This document shows positions 63,815 through 64,000 of a stretch of DNA of 64,000 bases, one piece after another (positions within the stretch are counted from its first letter, which is position 1; each line of letters starts with the position of its first letter). The notes beneath the pieces are model-generated. The model was not told the origin of the DNA. It ran no database searches and saw only the letters and a program-made list of their open reading frames with translations. The DNA comes from an uncultured virus (IMG/VR IMGVR_UViG_3300025372_000013) (taxonomy: Duplodnaviria; Heunggongvirae; Uroviricota; Caudoviricetes), in the IMG/VR virus record IMGVR_UViG_3300025372_000013; one strand, 5' to 3'. The position numbers were made by a program, and so were the translations under genes.

Positions 63815-63981
63815 TATCCGACCTTCTTGAGCCTTGGGTTCTTCTTCTTGGCTCCCTTTGAAGCTCCTCGTGAAGATGCTGCCAAAATTCGGTCTGCCGC
63901 CTTTTGGGAGACGCCTTCCTTCTTAGCAATCTTTGCAGAAGCTTTTTCAAAGCCGGGATGTTTCTTTGTACTTTTAGTCAT
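63814..63981 (-). CDS. Small basic protein (55 aa)
   Basis: MTKSTKKHPGFEKASAKIAKKEGVS...AKKKNPRLKKVG; TAGGGT 7 nt before ATG. Confidence 0.65.
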   Translation of the reverse strand: MTKSTKKHPGFEKASAKIAKKEGVSQKAADRILAASSRGASKGAKKKNPRLKKVG

Positions 63982-64000
63982 GGTAATTACCCTACGTTAT

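Overview
This window is part of a large lytic myovirus genome that almost certainly infects Actinobacteria. The host call rests on three whiB genes, DUF4192-like and MSMEG_6728-like genes, and leaderless TANNNT promoters. Layout: (i) 1-2000, minus strand: two KTSC-like genes, Hsp20 and small zinc fingers. (ii) About 2200-14800: a plus-strand cassette, probably early/host-takeover, of many small genes, a tRNA-Arg(CCT), a MoxR AAA+/vWA pair and several highly structured intergenic regions. (iii) About 14870-45700, minus strand: class II RNR, a degenerate TGT-like/HAD/nucleotidyltransferase cluster, lysis genes, SpoVS, and recombination/replication genes (Cas4-like nuclease, RecA, PolA, SSB, SNF2, dNMP kinase, primase, DnaB, loader, initiator). 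(iv) About 45700-64000, minus strand: contractile tail/baseplate module, then tiny basic and Cys-rich peptide genes. The strongest unexplained signals are a polarised 12-mer (YCAACAYAAACA) repeated about every 1 kb through the plus-strand cassette with one inverted copy at its end, three covarying H-type pseudoknots, an anticodon-less tRNA-like element, a cluster of apparent pseudo-enzymes, and a likely +1 (UUU_CGN) tail-chaperone frameshift. All calls come from reading the sequence by eye; no database searches were run.
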